Assembly: GCA_965235115.1 (NCBI GenBank)
Contig: OZ249436.1
Span: 41,108,001-41,172,000 of the forward strand
Direction of reading: 5' to 3'
DNA from: Laetmonice hystrix
Lineage: Eukaryota
DNA: 64,000 nt
The notes under the pieces are model-generated. The model was not told the origin of the DNA. It made no database searches and worked only from the letters and a program-made list of their open reading frames with translations. The position numbers were made by a program, and so were the translations under genes. Every line of letters starts with the position of its first letter. Within the stretch, counting starts at the first letter, position 1. Below, piece by piece: positions 63,690 to 64,000 of the stretch.

Positions 63690-64000
63690 TATACTACTGA
63701 TTTATGATTTTTCAATTCTTCAAACAGGTTTCAAGGTATGAAAAAATAGGATTTCCAAGGCAAATTAGAAAACTCTGATCCCTGATTACAATTTACAGCA
63801 ATGGGATATAACTCTATGCTAATCAAAGAGTGTTCATTTAGATAATTTGTCAATCAGGTAGCCTCTATTCTAGCCTTGTGGTCAACCATGACAATGGATG
63901 CCGGCAGACTGTCCCACAGCTGACCCTGAGTTTATTATAACACACTGGGGATGTGTTACAGACCAGCTGCTCCAAACTTAGACACATAGTCAGGATCTGC

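Overview
Eukaryotic genomic DNA with GT-AG introns, probably a marine invertebrate bilaterian (inference from gene content and transposon style). Five intron/exon gene models were reconstructed by hand. (1) A 12-exon, 543-aa flavin monoamine-oxidase-family gene (+, 571-10527). (2) A 5-exon, 462-aa CALHM-family channel (+, 13069-17532). (3) An 8-exon, 431-aa six-bladed Kelch protein (-, 36461-24555). (4) A head-to-head F-box gene with a single coding exon (+, ~41890-43356). (5) The last three exons of SLC25A16 (-, 60546-58361). Introns and intergenic DNA are packed with non-autonomous DNA transposons (TIRs with 2-8 bp TSDs, often nested) and minisatellites. The most striking structure is in Kelch intron 3: the 3' splice site plus the first 48 nt of exon 4 is amplified into 33 near-identical 122-bp copies (about 4 kb, 9-unit higher-order repeat). 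Only the last copy yields intact protein; all 32 upstream decoy acceptors lead to a premature stop. Other notable items: an MAO homolog lacking the covalent-FAD Cys and aromatic-cage Tyr residues, an inverted pair of Harbinger-derived MITEs in a CALHM intron, a 32-bp minimal transposon, and strong enrichment of the TAGGCCTA palindrome. No rRNA, intact tRNA or CRISPR was seen. All coordinates were read by eye; no searches were run.
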